This document shows positions 1-13,025 of a stretch of DNA of 64,000 nt, in pieces. The translations under genes and the position numbers were made by a program. The notes under the pieces are model-generated. The model searched no databases. It was not told where the DNA came from and saw nothing but the letters and a program-made list of their open reading frames with translations. How positions within the stretch are numbered: the first letter of the stretch is position 1; each line of letters starts with the position of its first letter. This stretch comes from Sarea resinae (Eukaryota), in NCBI GenBank assembly GCA_026026165.1, contig JAPEUD010000089.1, positions 1 to 64,000 on the forward strand. Direction: 5' to 3'.

Positions 1-480
1 CCCCACCCCCCCCCCCCCCCCCCCCCCCCCGGCCGGTGTGCTCCCCCGCCTGCCCTATAGAGGAAGTAAGGAAGCCGTGTCCGTGGACAGAGAAAAGAGA
101 AAAAAGAAAAAAAAGGAGAGAGAATGAAAAATGAATGAAGGAATGGAAGCGTTCGCAGGCCGCTATCTGATTGATCCCCTCCTCCCGCTGCGCTCTATTC
201 CACGCCTTTTCATATTTGAGGAAAAAAAGGGTTCGGAAAGGAAGGTGGATAGGTAGAGGAAATAGGCAAAGTGGATAGAGGGACAGATAGGATAGATAGG
301 AGAGATAGGGTGGCCGCTGTCCATTCATTGCATAGAGACACACGAAAGAGAAAAGAAAGAGAGAAAAGAGACACGACATGACACGAGAAGAATAGAAAAT
401 GACACGAGAAGAGAAGAGAAAAACGGGAAACCAGAAACGGATAGAAGAGAAGAGACACGAAAAGAAAAAACCCACCCCGC
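1..480. repeat. Poly-C run (1-30) followed by purine-rich low-complexity spacer
   Basis: Near-pure C run at the window start, then GA/GAA/GATA-rich degenerate repeats downstream of the minus-strand F-box gene stop. Confidence 0.9.
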
Positions 481-521
481 CCCCGCCCCCGCCCTCGTCC
501 CCACTACCATATCAACTCAAC

Positions 522-2977
522 TCACGTCACACAAGCAAACTCGCCCTCCCAAAATGCCTCGGGGTGCGCGACCCGCATATGCTCGATCAGACCGCGCAAG
601 CCCACCGGGTTGACCAGCAGGCCCGTGACGGGGCAGCGCGCGCACGCGTGGCGTACGATGCGGGTGAAGGCCTTGAGGCGGGTGTCGCGGTGCGCGACGG
701 CGGCGCGGAAGGCGGGCGAGAGGGGCGAGAGGGGGTTGGTGTCGTGCTCGGAGGAGGAGTGCTCGGCGGAGTGCTCGGCGGAGGGGGTGGGGGTCGGGGG
801 GCCGGCTAGGAGATGCTGCTGGGCTTGGGGTGCTGGTTGTGCTGGTGGGTCACCGGCGTCGGCGGCGGCGGTGTCGGTGTCGGTATCGGTATCGTCGGGT
901 TGATCCGCGTGCGAGGTGCTGGGTAGCACGACCACGTCCGCCAGACGCAGCGGCTCGGTCGGCGCGAGCTCGTCGTAGCTGTGCAGGCCCAGCTTATAGC
1001 GGAGCCGGATCAGCGGCGCGTCGAGGCGGGCGTCGCGCATGGCGCGCGAGATGTGCAGACCGTCGACGACGGCGCCAGAGACGAGCTCGTGCTCGAGGCG
1101 GCCCAGGTGCCAGGCGCGCGCGGCGTTGACCCAGGACGTCACGGTGCCGCCGGCGCCCGGGGTCGTGCCGTAGTCCGGGACGGACCAGGTGGTCAGCGCG
1201 GTCAGCATGGCCAGCGCGGTGCGGGTCAGGTACTCGGAGTCGTCGGTGACGGCGGTGCATTGGCGCACGGTGCGCAGCGCGAGCGTCGGGTCCGGCAGGA
1301 AGATGGCCGCGGGCGTGTTGCTGGGGACCGTGGACAGCGTCATGGGCGGCAGCTGGGTCGGCTGCTCGAAGACGGAGGCCAGCGAGAAGAGAAAGGCCGG
1401 CAGCGACGCGGTGGGTGCGAAGCGGTCGCGGAAAGCGGCAAAGGTGTCGCTGGTCGGCAGGCCTGGGCGTGGGATGGACATGGGCGCGCCCCCGTTAATG
1501 TGGACGCTTCCGTAGATGGTCGGGAACGGATCGACTCCTTCCCAGAGCTGCATGGCCACCTCGATGATCTGGAATCGGATCGGGCGCCGGTATTTCTCGA
1601 TGCGCGAGTATTCCTGCTTGGCGTAGACGAGGGCCTGCGCCCGCTGCTTGGCAAAGAGCAGGTGCGCGCTGCTGTCGTAGTCGGTCAGGGCGCGGAGGTG
1701 CTCGTCGACTTCGGGCTTGTAGAGCTGGGCCGAGGAGCGGATCGAGTGCGGCGGGTAGGTCGCGTGGCGGAGACGGCTGAGCACAGTCTGCGCGGCGGGG
1801 AATGAGCGGACGGTTCCGAGGGCTGTGGATTTAACGTCAATCAAATTCATAAAAGGATGGAAAGAGGTGAGAGGAAGAGACAAGAGAAGGAGAAGAAAGA
1901 AAGAGAAGAGAGAAAGAGAAGAGAGGAAGAGAAGAGAAAAAGAGAAGAGAGGAAGAGAAGAGAGGAAGAGAAGAGAGGAAGAGAAGAGAGGAAAAGAAGA
2001 GAGCTGGAGAAGAGAGAACAGAGAGGAGAAAGAGAGGAGAAAGAGAGGAGAAAGAGAGGAGAAAGAGAGAAAGGATTCGGGAGGATTCGACAAAAACTTA
2101 CTGATCGAGTACTCGTCCAAGCAATCACCACAGAATAGCATGCCCCAGCGATACGCATCGACCCGATTGCCCTTGGAATCCTTGCTCTCGAGGCAAACAT
2201 GGCAGCGTCGCCGATGGCCCAGGTGGCCGATGATCTCGCGCCGATAGTTAAAGCACGAATCGTACGGGCCGCCCAGGAGCGTCTTGCCCTCGCGGAACGG
2301 CAGATCGTGCGGCATGGTCACCGGCAGCATGTACGTGTACGAGTTCTTGACCTGATAAACGGGCGAGGCCATCTGCGTGTCGGTCACGGCATACTGGGGC
2401 CAGAGCTCCATGCGCACGTCATGCATAAACGGGTTGATGGATGTTTCTTGCGCCGGGATCAGGGACATGGCGGAGACGAACTCGCTGGAAATCGATTAGA
2501 GAGGAATTCAATAATAAGAAAGATACTCACTCGATACGTCCAATCAGAGTCTGACGGATCGTGCCACGCATCTCCGCATGCCTCGCAACCATGGCCGGGT
2601 CCCTCGCCTCGATCGCCTGGCGCAGTTCGGCTTCGTTCTGGTAGCGCTCGGCCAGCGTGTACAGAGCCGGCGGCAGGATGCTATACCAGACCTCATTGCC
2701 GTTCTCAAACGAAAACTGATTCTGCAGCGTCTTGCAGGTGTTGGAGAAGTGAAGGAGGTGAACGGGACGCAGTTGCTTGGCGATGTGGTTCAAGATCTCA
2801 ACCGGGAGACTGAAGATCGGGGCCAAGGTCGGAGTCAAGACCGGGGCCACAATCGGGGCCGGCTGATCCACGCACATCGAGTCCGCCATCTCGGGGATAA
2901 TAATCTGGTATCGATTAGAAAGGAGTCGAGAGGAATGCTCGAGGAAATTGTCAAGTACTCACATTGAAGAGCGACAT
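522..2977 (-). CDS. F-box domain protein with Cys/His zinc-binding motifs
   Basis: F-box-like IFSLPVEILNHIAKQLRPVHLLHFSNTCKTL; CHVC...CGDC; C-terminal CARC...HMRVAH. Predicted introns 2905-2962, 2485-2530 and 1823-2101 all have GT/AG ends and keep frame. First exon encodes MSLFN from ATG 2977 (alternative ATG 2889); stop at 522. Confidence 0.75.
1861..2070. repeat. Polypurine GA/GAA/GGA tract inside an F-box gene intron
   Basis: About 200 nt almost entirely A/G on the + strand, built of degenerate AGAGGA/AGAAG units. Confidence 0.95.
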
Positions 2978-4674
2978 CTCTCAAAGACTGTCGGTAGATC
3001 TAGAGACCAGTTAGTCAACGCCAGCGGCAGCGAACGCAAACCACCTGCCTCTTGGAGATCTGTTGATGATGAAGCAAGATGGATGATATGCTATCAACGT
3101 CAGTCTTTGACCGCCTCTTCAGATCTCAAGATAAAAGACTCACTCGTCGATTCAGCTGAGCCGAAGCAAGATGAGCAAGTGGAGCAAAAGGCAAGGATGT
3201 TGATGGTAGGGGGTCTGTTAGTTTAGGTTGGACTCGTCCACAAGCAGTCGAGTCGAGAGTTGTCTGTGTTGAGAGAAAAAGCAAGGAGATGGTGGGAATG
3301 AAGCAAGAGCAAAAGATTTGAGAAGATGTAAAAGCAAAGGTGTCGAGGGCCGGCCAGACAGGGTTATAGATCGAATCAAAAGTGCAGTGTCTGCCTCATG
3401 AATGGGTTCGAGTTCAATAGGATATGATATGGGGTAAAGGCTATTGAGAGCGACGCAGGAGTTCTCGTGAACGCAGTCCAGAAATGAAGACGGCTGGTGC
3501 TTGAGTCACATTCCCCTGGACGCTATAGGTCAGTGCAAGTCCGACAATAGAGTGGAGCGACAGGAACAGAAGATCACGACCTACTTCAATTTAAGCAGTT
3601 GAATAGAGGATTTGTGAAGAACAGACTTCTCAGCGGGGTTCGCTCTATTTAGAGTGAAGGAGCAGTGAAACAAAAACCGAACCGGCACAATCATTCGCTG
3701 GTGGAGTATTTTGCGATAATAGGCGATCAACATTCACGGTATTATTGACTCTTGTCAGTGTCGAGATAGCAATGGCTGACATGTGAATTGAGATCTGCTG
3801 CGAACACTGGAAGAGATATTGTGCGGCAAGGTGTTTTCATATTCAACGTAAAGTCAAGCCATGCGTGACCCCTTTTTACAATCAACACCACACAAAAGAA
3901 ACAATGCCACACATCTATGAATTGAGAGTTATTCATTCAATTCAGCAGACCAACAAACGGCCCCTTTTCGACGCGAGATATACTAGAATTTGCTAAGTCT
4001 AATGTCAGCTCTTCAACTCTATGGATCATCAAGGACGGGCGTCGCGCGAGTCGCAATTGATATGCGCAAATAGAGCCCAAGACACCACTCATGGACAGAG
4101 GAAACGAGCCGTGACAGGTATGAATAAAGGAATATACCCTATATTGGAATAGTATAACAGAGCGAACCTGCTGAGCGAAATGCTGGAGATTTCTAGATAA
4201 GCTTGATTCGACCCCACTGCCATTAAGACTTCTGGGTCAAATGTTTTGGACTAACGCTCCAGACGCCGATTAACCTTGCCCATGTTGGTTGGCGCGTTAT
4301 CTAAGATCGCTGAGATCTGTAGCTGTGCGCCCTCTCGGATCCCTCTTCGGACGTAGACTCTCCCGGTTCACTAGACCAGCACCTGCTCGGATAGGCTCAT
4401 TTCAACTGTGGTAATCAAAAAGATCTAGTCATCTTCGTTCTCATTCCCGTAACCCTTCGCCGTTCGCAGGCTGACTCAACTGTGGGGTCCGCGAGAAGCT
4501 CCTCAAGGACGGAATGAGTCGAGAGGATATCTCTGCGTTGGCGTATGGTACCTTTTCACATAGGACCAAAGGAATAGCCTCATGCGGTGACAGACGAGAG
4601 GGTCCGGCGCGACATATCTCGAGACACATCCTGGTGTACGGCGTGTCCAGCGGCGACAGCCATAGTAAGTGCCC

Positions 4675-5464
4675 CTACTCACCATCACCCGTCAGCTCTC
4701 TAACCCACCCCACCTCCTGCCCTTCTAACCCCACAACCCTGACCCCTTTAAGTTTCAGCTCCCTCCTCTTCTCCCCCCACCCCTGCCCATCAACAGCCCT
4801 AACGCCCTCCTCGACAATCAACGTCTCGAACCCCGCCTCAGCTGCATCCGCCGCAGTACATGCGACACAGAAATCAGCGGCAAGTCCTACGACGAAGACA
4901 TGGCTGACGCCCTTCCCTCTCAAAGCCTCTTTCAAGCCACTCTCGCATTCCGCAACGACAGGATCGCGGAACGGTGCCCCGAATGCAGAATACGTCTCGA
5001 AGCCGGGCTGTCTACCCTTGTCGATAACGCGATCGAGACGCTTGGCATCTAGTTCCGGGATCAGGTCTGCGCCCGGGGTGTGTTGGATGCAGTGGTCGGG
5101 CCACAGCAACGTAGTAGATGTCTCGCGCGAGTTGCGCGGGTTCACGATGGTGGTGGTGGATTTGGCTGGGATGTTATCGGGGGCGGGGTGGTTCGAGGCA
5201 AAGGAGATGTGGTCCTTGGGGTGCCAGTCGCGCGTCGCGATTTTGGTGGTGAAGGGAAGGGTGAGCAGGGTGTTGATGGTGGGCGCGACGGCGCGACCAG
5301 AGGGGACGGCGAGAGAGCCGTGCTGTTAATTTTTGGGATATGTCAGTGAGGCGCCTATCATCTGAGATGAGGATATGAGCAAGATAGCTGGAGCGTACAG
5401 GTGGACAGAAGTCTTCTTGGACGTCGATGACGAGAAGAGCTGGATTGAAGGGGTTCGGCGCCAT
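4675..5464 (-). CDS. PNC1: Nicotinamidase/pyrazinamidase (isochorismatase family)
   Basis: ALLVIDVQEDFCPP|HGSLAV, TRDWHPKDHISFASNH, LWPDHCIQ, VGLAADFCV motifs; one intron 5323-5398. Confidence 0.93.
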
Positions 5465-5770
5465 TATGCTGGTGATGGGACGATCAGTGTTGTGTGGTAC
5501 AGAACAGAGGTCAATTGATGGTTGGGATGAAGCACGTCACAGCCTCTGGCGAGAAACGACAGCGTTCCATCTCAGAATAGATCTACCCTATCCACAAATA
5601 CCGAGCCCAACGATGATATACAGGAAATATCCAGTAAATGCTAATGATCGTCATCCATAGAGCATTCAATTGAGAAAACCTATATGATCTACCATAGCCC
5701 ATTGCCATCCAAGCATACGATATATAAAAGCCAAACAACCCGTTATAGCGCCGGCAAGCCGCCCAACCCT

Positions 5771-7553
5771 CTACCGTCCAAACCTTTTAAGCTCGAAATA
5801 TCTCAGAACGATATATGTGATGGCCGAAAAAGCAAAAGCTAGCTCGAAGCCGACATCACCACCAATGGACGGATCGCCAATTTTCTTGCCAATCGGTCCC
5901 ACAAACCACACCTGCGCCATGCCCATGACGGCGCCAAAGACGCCAAACGCAAAAGCAGTGATGGCGGCGAATCCATAGGGGAGCTTGTTGGGCTTGTCGT
6001 AGTCCTCCGGGTTGTAGCCACCGAAGCCACGCCGAAAGATGAAGTGCTCGCTCAGGGAAATGCCTTGGTAGATGGCAAGCCAATAGCCCTATAGACCCCA
6101 TTAGATCAGACCACAGGAAAATCCTAGACAAGAGGAAATATCTTACAATAAAGTTCATGAAATCCTGTAGATATTCGGCAAAATGAGAATAGCCAGGAAT
6201 GGCGACGGCGGCATAGACGATGGTCCCAACGAGCGTCCACACGAATCGAGGAACCCGTTGAGTCCACCTTCCCAAGACCTGCAGTGTGAGGCCGACCGAA
6301 TAGATATTCGGGCAATTGTTGGCAATGATGGAAAGCGCCAAGATGACGAGGCAGAACTTGCCAAACCTTCCAAGGGGTGGGACAAGAACGGCAGCGAGCA
6401 AGCCACCGACGCCGCCATCGTTGTATCCAGCATCATACGCCGCATTGCTGACGGTCGCGGTGGCGACTGCGCAGCCCAGGAATTCCGTGAAGAGCAAGGG
6501 AAAAGCAAGGCCGACAAACGTCCAGATGAAGACCTTTGTACGGCTTTGGTTTGGTGGATGATAGACGGTGTAGTCGGCCGCATAACTGGTCCAGCCTGTG
6601 GCGAAGCCGTAGACGGTACAGGCAAAGGAGAGAACGCTGGCAGCCTCAGACGAGCCAACCTGCATGTGAATGTTGTTGAAGTTCTAGGAAGAGGTCAGAA
6701 AGTGTTCGACAACCAAACAAGCAATCGAGGTACTGACCCCCGAGTGGGCAAATTCGCCCAAGACGATCAAAAAGACGATAAAGCATGGAATCCAGCTCCA
6801 GAATTCGTAGATGTGGACAATCTTGTAGCCAAAGAGCGTCACCAAGAATGTCGCGACGGCGATGATGATGATACCGGCAAAACCAGGCACGTCATGATTG
6901 ACGGCATGGATCAACTGAGCGCCAACGATGACATTGACGGCGGACCATCCCAGACATGCCAGGACATTGAAAAAGGCGACTGGGGAATCCCGTCAGCCCA
7001 ACGCTCTCATGCATCGAGCACCAACAGGAAACATACTAATCTTGACCCCCCACCATCCAAAAAAGAACCTCGATAGCACCATCTGCCGTAGCCCAAAGCG
7101 CGGGCCGAACATGGAGAAGAAGCACACGGGCAAGATGCCAAGTATGTTGATGAAGAAAATGGTCAAGATGGAGTCGACAAAGCCCAGCTCGAACAGAGGC
7201 ACGGAGAGGACGCCAATGGTAAAGGAGCTGACGACCATGTTGGCAGCGAGCCACTGGCCAAGTCAGTGAGTGAGTACGAGACGCATCAAGGCATTCGATC
7301 CATGGCGACGCACCATGGTGCCGACGTTCATCAGCGAGTGATCCGTCCGCTCGTCCTCGGGAACCCTCTCGATCCCCCTCAATTCGACATGGAACTTGGC
7401 GGCAAGCCGCTGCAGTCTGGCGTAGAGGGAGTTGCCATAGACGAAGCTCTCACCGGGCACGGCTCCGGTCTCGTCGACGTAGGGCTCCTTCTCGTTGTAC
7501 GATTTCTTCTCCCGTTCGAGACCCGTCTCGATGTCGTAGTCCGGGGCACCCAT
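5771..7553 (-). CDS. FCY2: Purine-cytosine permease (NCS1/Fcy family)
   Basis: ELRGIERVPEDER, WLAANM, GPRFGLRQMVLSRFFFG, GWTSYAADY, ANNCPNIYS, C-terminal RYFELKRFGR. Introns 7254-7313, 6980-7036, 6684-6737, 6089-6146. Start could be an upstream ATG (up to 7613). Confidence 0.92.
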
Positions 7554-7821
7554 GGCGGCCGTCATCGAGGGTGATTTGGTCTCCGCAGCAGAGCCGTGAG
7601 AAGGGGCAATCATGGGGGGGGATGGCGAACGCGATGATGACTACGAAGACGAGGACATCCAACGAGACACGGAAGAGGGCAGGTGAGGCATGGGGTTTTA
7701 TGGAGCATGGACGGCGAAGAGTGGCAATCGCAGCGGATACATGGAGAAGGAAAAATACGATACGGTATCACGGCGCAGGCCATGGTTGTTTGGCCGCTGC
7801 GCAGGGGACACGGCCTTGTTA

Positions 7822-8313
7822 TGATAAGGGAGCAGATAGTCGTAGTACCTGACGAGGGAAGGGTCAAGCATGGAGACCGGAGATGGCCGCACGAGATACC
7901 AAGAGGGCTCTGCCAAGCCCCAGCCAAGTCCAGCCAGACCAAACCAAGCCCTAAACCCTCTCCGCCGTTCGCACGCCGTTCCGGGGAGAGATAAGCATGG
8001 ATCCACGCCCGTGTTACCACAGCTTATGACCATTCCGCACCTTACACACTCTACAGATACATGGCCCTACACCCGACGACTCTCCGACACACAAGTCAAG
8101 TCAAGCCAAGCCAAGCCAAGACATCACAGGCAGGCGGATAGAGGCATAGATGAATAGATGGATGGATTGATGGCTTGCCGATTGGCATACCGACGACGAG
8201 GTTTGCTGAATCTTCAAGGCACACAATAAATAAAAGAATAAAAGAACCAGAGCCTAAATCATTCCCATGAGATTCGTGCCAACTAAGTAAAGAGAAAGAT
8301 AAGGCAAGATAAG
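7822..8313. promoter_or_regulatory. GATA (HGATAR) sites upstream of the NCS1 permease; candidate AreA/NIT2 sites
   Basis: TGATAAG 7822, AGATAG 7834, AGATAAG 7989, 8297 and 8307. Confidence 0.4.
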
Positions 8314-8472
8314 TTCGGTAGGTAGGTAGTCAGGTAGCTGAATAGGTGAGGTAAGATGAGGCAAGAGGAGGCAAGATGAGGCAAGATATTAGCCAATACG
8401 TGTCGTCCATAGCCAATATGCTTGTTCCCAAGAAGAAAAGATCAGAAAAGAAGAGATAAAAAAAAGGACCGT

Positions 8473-11435
8473 CTAATTGAAGCTTTCTAGAGAAGCCGCC
8501 TCGGCGATCTTAGTGACTTTGTCTGCCAACTCCTAAACACCAAAGCCCGTCAGTAAATATATGGCACCCGCGATGGAAACGGAACAGGATATCTGGCGCA
8601 GGATATCTGGCGGGGACAGATTGCGGTGTCATGGTATGACGTACCCGTGTCTCTCGCGCGACTTCAATCGCCAACGACCGTAACTCGTATCTGAAATCCT
8701 TCGCCGCGGCAGCATCTGCGTCTTCGTCGATACTCTCACACTCATTGTAGGCATCCATGAATCGAGCCCGGCAATTCGCAAGCTTCTGGACAATGGGCGT
8801 GGCCCCGTCTCGGAGCGTTTGGCTACTGGTATGATTGACGGCGGCCTCGGCTTTGGCGACGACATCGTCCAGCACAGGCAGGACCCGGCTGATGTACATC
8901 TCGATCTTCTGGAGGGCTTCTTCGGCCTGGACGCTATCAACCAGATCGCGAATCGACTGGACCAGATTGCCCATTTCGTCGTCGGTATATCGCTGCTCGC
9001 CCATTAGCTCCATGCCTACCGAAGCTTCGAAAGGGAGCCCACCTTGAGCTCTTCGACCCCGCTATCTGAACCCTGACCATTCATGGCCGTCCCGTTGACT
9101 GCCCGAGACGCTGGCGGACGTGGCCATTCCTGGCCATGGCTCTTGGGTCGAGTGCCCATGGGCGAACTGAGACCGCTATAAGCTGAGTCGCTGCTCGTCC
9201 GGCCGTTGGTGAAATATCCCACAGATCCGCCGTGCTGGCTGCTCTCCTCAAAGTCTTCGAGCTCCTCCGCCGAGCTCGGCCTGATCTTGACCTCCCGGAT
9301 GAGCTCGACGACGGCAGCCGCCAGATGAGAGGCGGCAGCATCGAGTAATGATATTGGCGAGAGACCGTTCGCAGTGGCAAAATTTTTCGACGCTGTGATC
9401 AAGTTATTCGCAGTGGCCGAGACTCTGTTCTTCAGCTTCTGTTGTCGTCGCTGTGAGTCGTCTGCTGGTCCGTCAACGGCCACTACTTGCGTAATTTGCC
9501 TCACGGAGATGGCCACAGGCTTCATGAAATCCAGCACGGATGAAGGCTCTGCTGTCCTCGCGTTGCGCAAAAGTTCGTCAATAGCGATTTGGAATTGAGT
9601 GACGTCAATGTCTTTGACCAGGCCATCTGGTTGAGTGAATCCTGTATCATGGGAAATCTGGTCGACGTTCTGAACAGCCAAGCCAGTCGTGGGCGAATGG
9701 AGATCCCCATGCTGCGTTTTAATTCGGGCATATCGGCTTTTCCATTCCTTGACCTCGTCTTCCATTCGGGTCACCTGGTGAACCAAGCTCGCCTCCCGCT
9801 GTGAGGGCTCGCTGCTGCGCGCCGAAAGATCTTTCATCTCCCGCAAGAAAACGGAGGCTTGCTGTCGAACTTCTTCCGTCACCTCCTCCTGCTCCTTCAG
9901 CTGTACCTTGAGATCCTCCTGCTCGCTCTGCAAGTCCTCATAACGTTGCCTCCAGACATCGCCATCAACGTTCCCGCGCGTCCCTTCTAGCTGCTTGTTC
10001 AGATCCGATCTTTCCGTGCGTACTCTCTCCAGCTCCGCCTCCAGGGAATCATTCAAGTTTTGAGCGTCGGTAAGCTTCCTCTCTAGATCGGCCTGAAGAT
10101 CGGACCACTCTCTCTGAGCCTGTTGTTATCAGCAAACGAAGCAGCGGTGAAGGGATGGGACATACTGTGTCGCTGCTGCGGGAGGATTCTTGTAGCTTCT
10201 CAAGCTCCTCGTCTTTTCCCTTCAGTCGACTCTCCAATTCTTCGCACTTTGCTTTCAGCTCGTCATTATCAGATATTAATTGTTTCTATGCCACATGTCA
10301 GTCAATGCGAATTCTAGACGAATTGACACCATACCTGAGCCTCGCTCGGCATCGTGCCTCGCTTGGAGCCTTGAGCAGCGCTTTCCAAGCCAAATGAACT
10401 CCCTTCGTCCCCCTCATCATCGTCCGGGCCTGATTGATCGTCATCATCCTCGACGAGGGTACTCTTATTCGGAATGATCGTGTTACTCTGAAAGGTCTTG
10501 GGTAACGGTCTGCCGTATTCATTGCCAGCCGAGGCTGCCGGTGCGCCGTTCGGAGGCCCAGAAGAGTCCTTCCTCGGACCCGGGTACGGATACCCCGGAC
10601 TACCGGGAGGTCCTCCTGGAGGACCTCTAAATCCTGGCCCGGGGCCTCGTCCGGGGCCCATGCTCCCTTGCGTGCCACGACGAGATCCCGGTCCCATCGA
10701 GGGCGCCGGACTGGATATTCGGTCGATGTTGCCTCCGGAGAAATTTGGGAATCTTCGTTCCAACTCGTAAAAGACGTCGGTCGCGAGATCTCTAAATCTG
10801 GGCGGAGGCAGCGTCGAGAGTTTTTGTCTTGCTTGATTGCGCTTCGGGTGGAATCTCTCCTTGGGCAACAGATGCGGTGGAGGTGGCCCCGGAGGCCCTT
10901 GGTTTGGCGACCGCGGGCCTCCTCTCTCGAATAGTTCCTTGTGTTGCCTCCGCACCAGCTCGTCGTAGACATCCGTACTCAATTCCTGAAACTGCACCGC
11001 CGACAGTCGTAGAAGTTTGTCCTTGGCCCGGTTCGGCTTGGTGTTGTTGGACTCACCTTCGACGGGTCGTGCGAGTTCCTCTTTGAGGGCGACGTAGTGT
11101 CTCGCCAGCATCTGTTCCATCTCCTCCCGCCTCCTCTGACCGGCCGCACTCTGGCTCTGGGCGCTGTCGCGGAATTGGGAACGTCCGTGGCCAAAGGTCG
11201 AGCTCGTCACGGAGCTTGGGGGTGACGGATTGCCCTCCAGGTTTCGGCCGAGGATGCCATTTGGCAGACCACCACTCATGGTGCCCGTCGAGGAGCCGGA
11301 GATGGGCGGGGTCGCAAGCGGACCGCCCCGCGGTGAATAAGGAGCGTCGCTGTTGAGGGATTGATATTTGGAGATGCCCGACCACTCACTTCCGGCTGCT
11401 GAGACTGGCGAAAGTGTTTCGGAACGGACATTCAT
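8473..11435 (-). CDS. SPA2: Polarisome scaffold Spa2 (two SHD-I/GIT repeats, coiled coil, GIT C-terminal-like region)
   Basis: RAKDKLLRLSAVQFQELSTDVYDELVRR and RNQARQKLSTLPPPRFRDLATDVFYELERR; SATANNLITASKNF..GLSPISLLDAAASHL. Introns 10286-10334, 10120-10165, 8993-9042, 8533-8644. Confidence 0.92.
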
Positions 11436-13025
11436 GACGAGCGACGGATCGGGGCGATGTAGAGAAGCGAGCGACAATTATGCAATCGGATGAATGCGAT
11501 GACTGAAAAGAGTGACTATGAAAGGGAAGAAGAAGAAGAAGAAGAAAAGGAAGAAAGAAGAAGATCGAAAGGCGAGGGAACAATGGACGTTGCAAGCCTC
11601 ACAAATGCCTCTTTCTTCTCTCTCTGTCTCTCTCTCCTCTCTCGCTCGCGCGCTCTCTCTCTGGCTGTGCTCCTTTCAGGATGGTTGTCAAGGATGGTTG
11701 GGGTTGGTCAGGCGGCGGCTGCTGCTGCTGCTGCTGCTGCTAAGATCGAATCGCTCGGGTCGGTCGCTCATTCGCTCGCTGAAGGGCTACGGGCTGGCTG
11801 TCCGGAGGAGCCCAAGGCGAGCGGAGGAGAGTCGGGGGGCGGTCCCGTCAGGTACGACATACAGTGGAGGTACGGGACGCAGTACAGCAAAGACCTTTAC
11901 GCGAAGAGCGCAGTAGTCAGGCACACAAAGTCAAATGGGCGTGGGCTGCTGCCAGGCACGAGAATGAGGATGAGAATGAAGAATGAGCACGAGAATGAAA
12001 GAATGAGTCTCGACTCGGGGACGGGATCCGGGAATGCAATGGTCGATGGGCAATAATGGGCAATAATGGGCCGTCAAATTGGCATGAGAGCTTCCTTCCC
12101 ACTGGACGCCTTCAGGGGATCTGACCCTGGGATTACTACCTTAGGTACGGAGTCCTTCGCACGTCCAAAAGTCCACGTTCGGGGCCTTCGTGCGAGATAC
12201 CTCCCCGAGTCCCTCTCTCCAAGTGTCTTGCACGCAGGACAACCACCGCCCACGACTTGCCGTCGCCGTAGCTCTGCAGTACCCGGGCTGTCCACATTCA
12301 ACGGAGTACTACCGCAGGTACCTTAGTGGTGCCATAGTGCTCATCTCACCGACCCATGCCCTCACCCGTCAGATGAATCTCCCCGGAAGCCGCGTGGCCG
12401 TGAGGGTACGGAGTACTACGTAGAGTGAGTGACTACGTGTGTAGTAGTGCAAGGTACTACGTAAGGTACTCGGTGCAATCAATCATCTGGCATCCGTCAT
12501 ACCAATCTCTGGGTAGCACCATCATAACCGGTCATCATCCAGGAGGGATACCTGTCGAGGCCGACATGACAGCGGGAGACAAAGGTTACTCGGAGTACTG
12601 GGTAGGTACCTCCTCTCCTGGGCCCTCGCTTGCAATGGGCCGGCTGCTGTTTGATGCATCACATACTACCTATCAACTTGCACTTCATCACAGTAATAAA
12701 CGTACTCGAAGAATCGCAGACGTCAATCAAATCCCAGACGTCTTGGCCCTGCAGAGATATCATTCATGTGCAATAAAGACCAGACAGCTCCACATCGCCG
12801 CAGGGACAGGGAGACGGGCCCAGGAGCTCCCTGACCCATCCGAAACACGACGGGCCGTAGAGCAGATCCACGATGACTCCCTGTAGATCATCAGGAACCC
12901 CAACGATAGCCCTCGAGTAGCCTCTCTGAAGTACTATGAGTACGCCGTGTCCTCGACTCCGTACACCACCCAACGCCGCGCTATGGGATGGCCTCCCAGT
13001 TACCTTACCCTCTTGGGACCGTCCA

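Noticed and set aside
981..1805. Long + strand ORFs over the F-box 3' exon, and similar antisense ORFs over FCY2, GT2, ARG5,6 and ALDH
   Set aside because: Shadow ORFs caused by high GC3 in the true gene; no recognisable motifs.
522..2468. 648-aa uninterrupted ORF with an apparent TM-rich segment
   Set aside because: The hydrophobic part is a translated pyrimidine-rich intron (1823-2101); the real gene is spliced and starts further upstream.
7554..8472. TPP riboswitch in the NCS1 permease leader
   Set aside because: No CTGAGA core or downstream aptamer elements on the sense strand.
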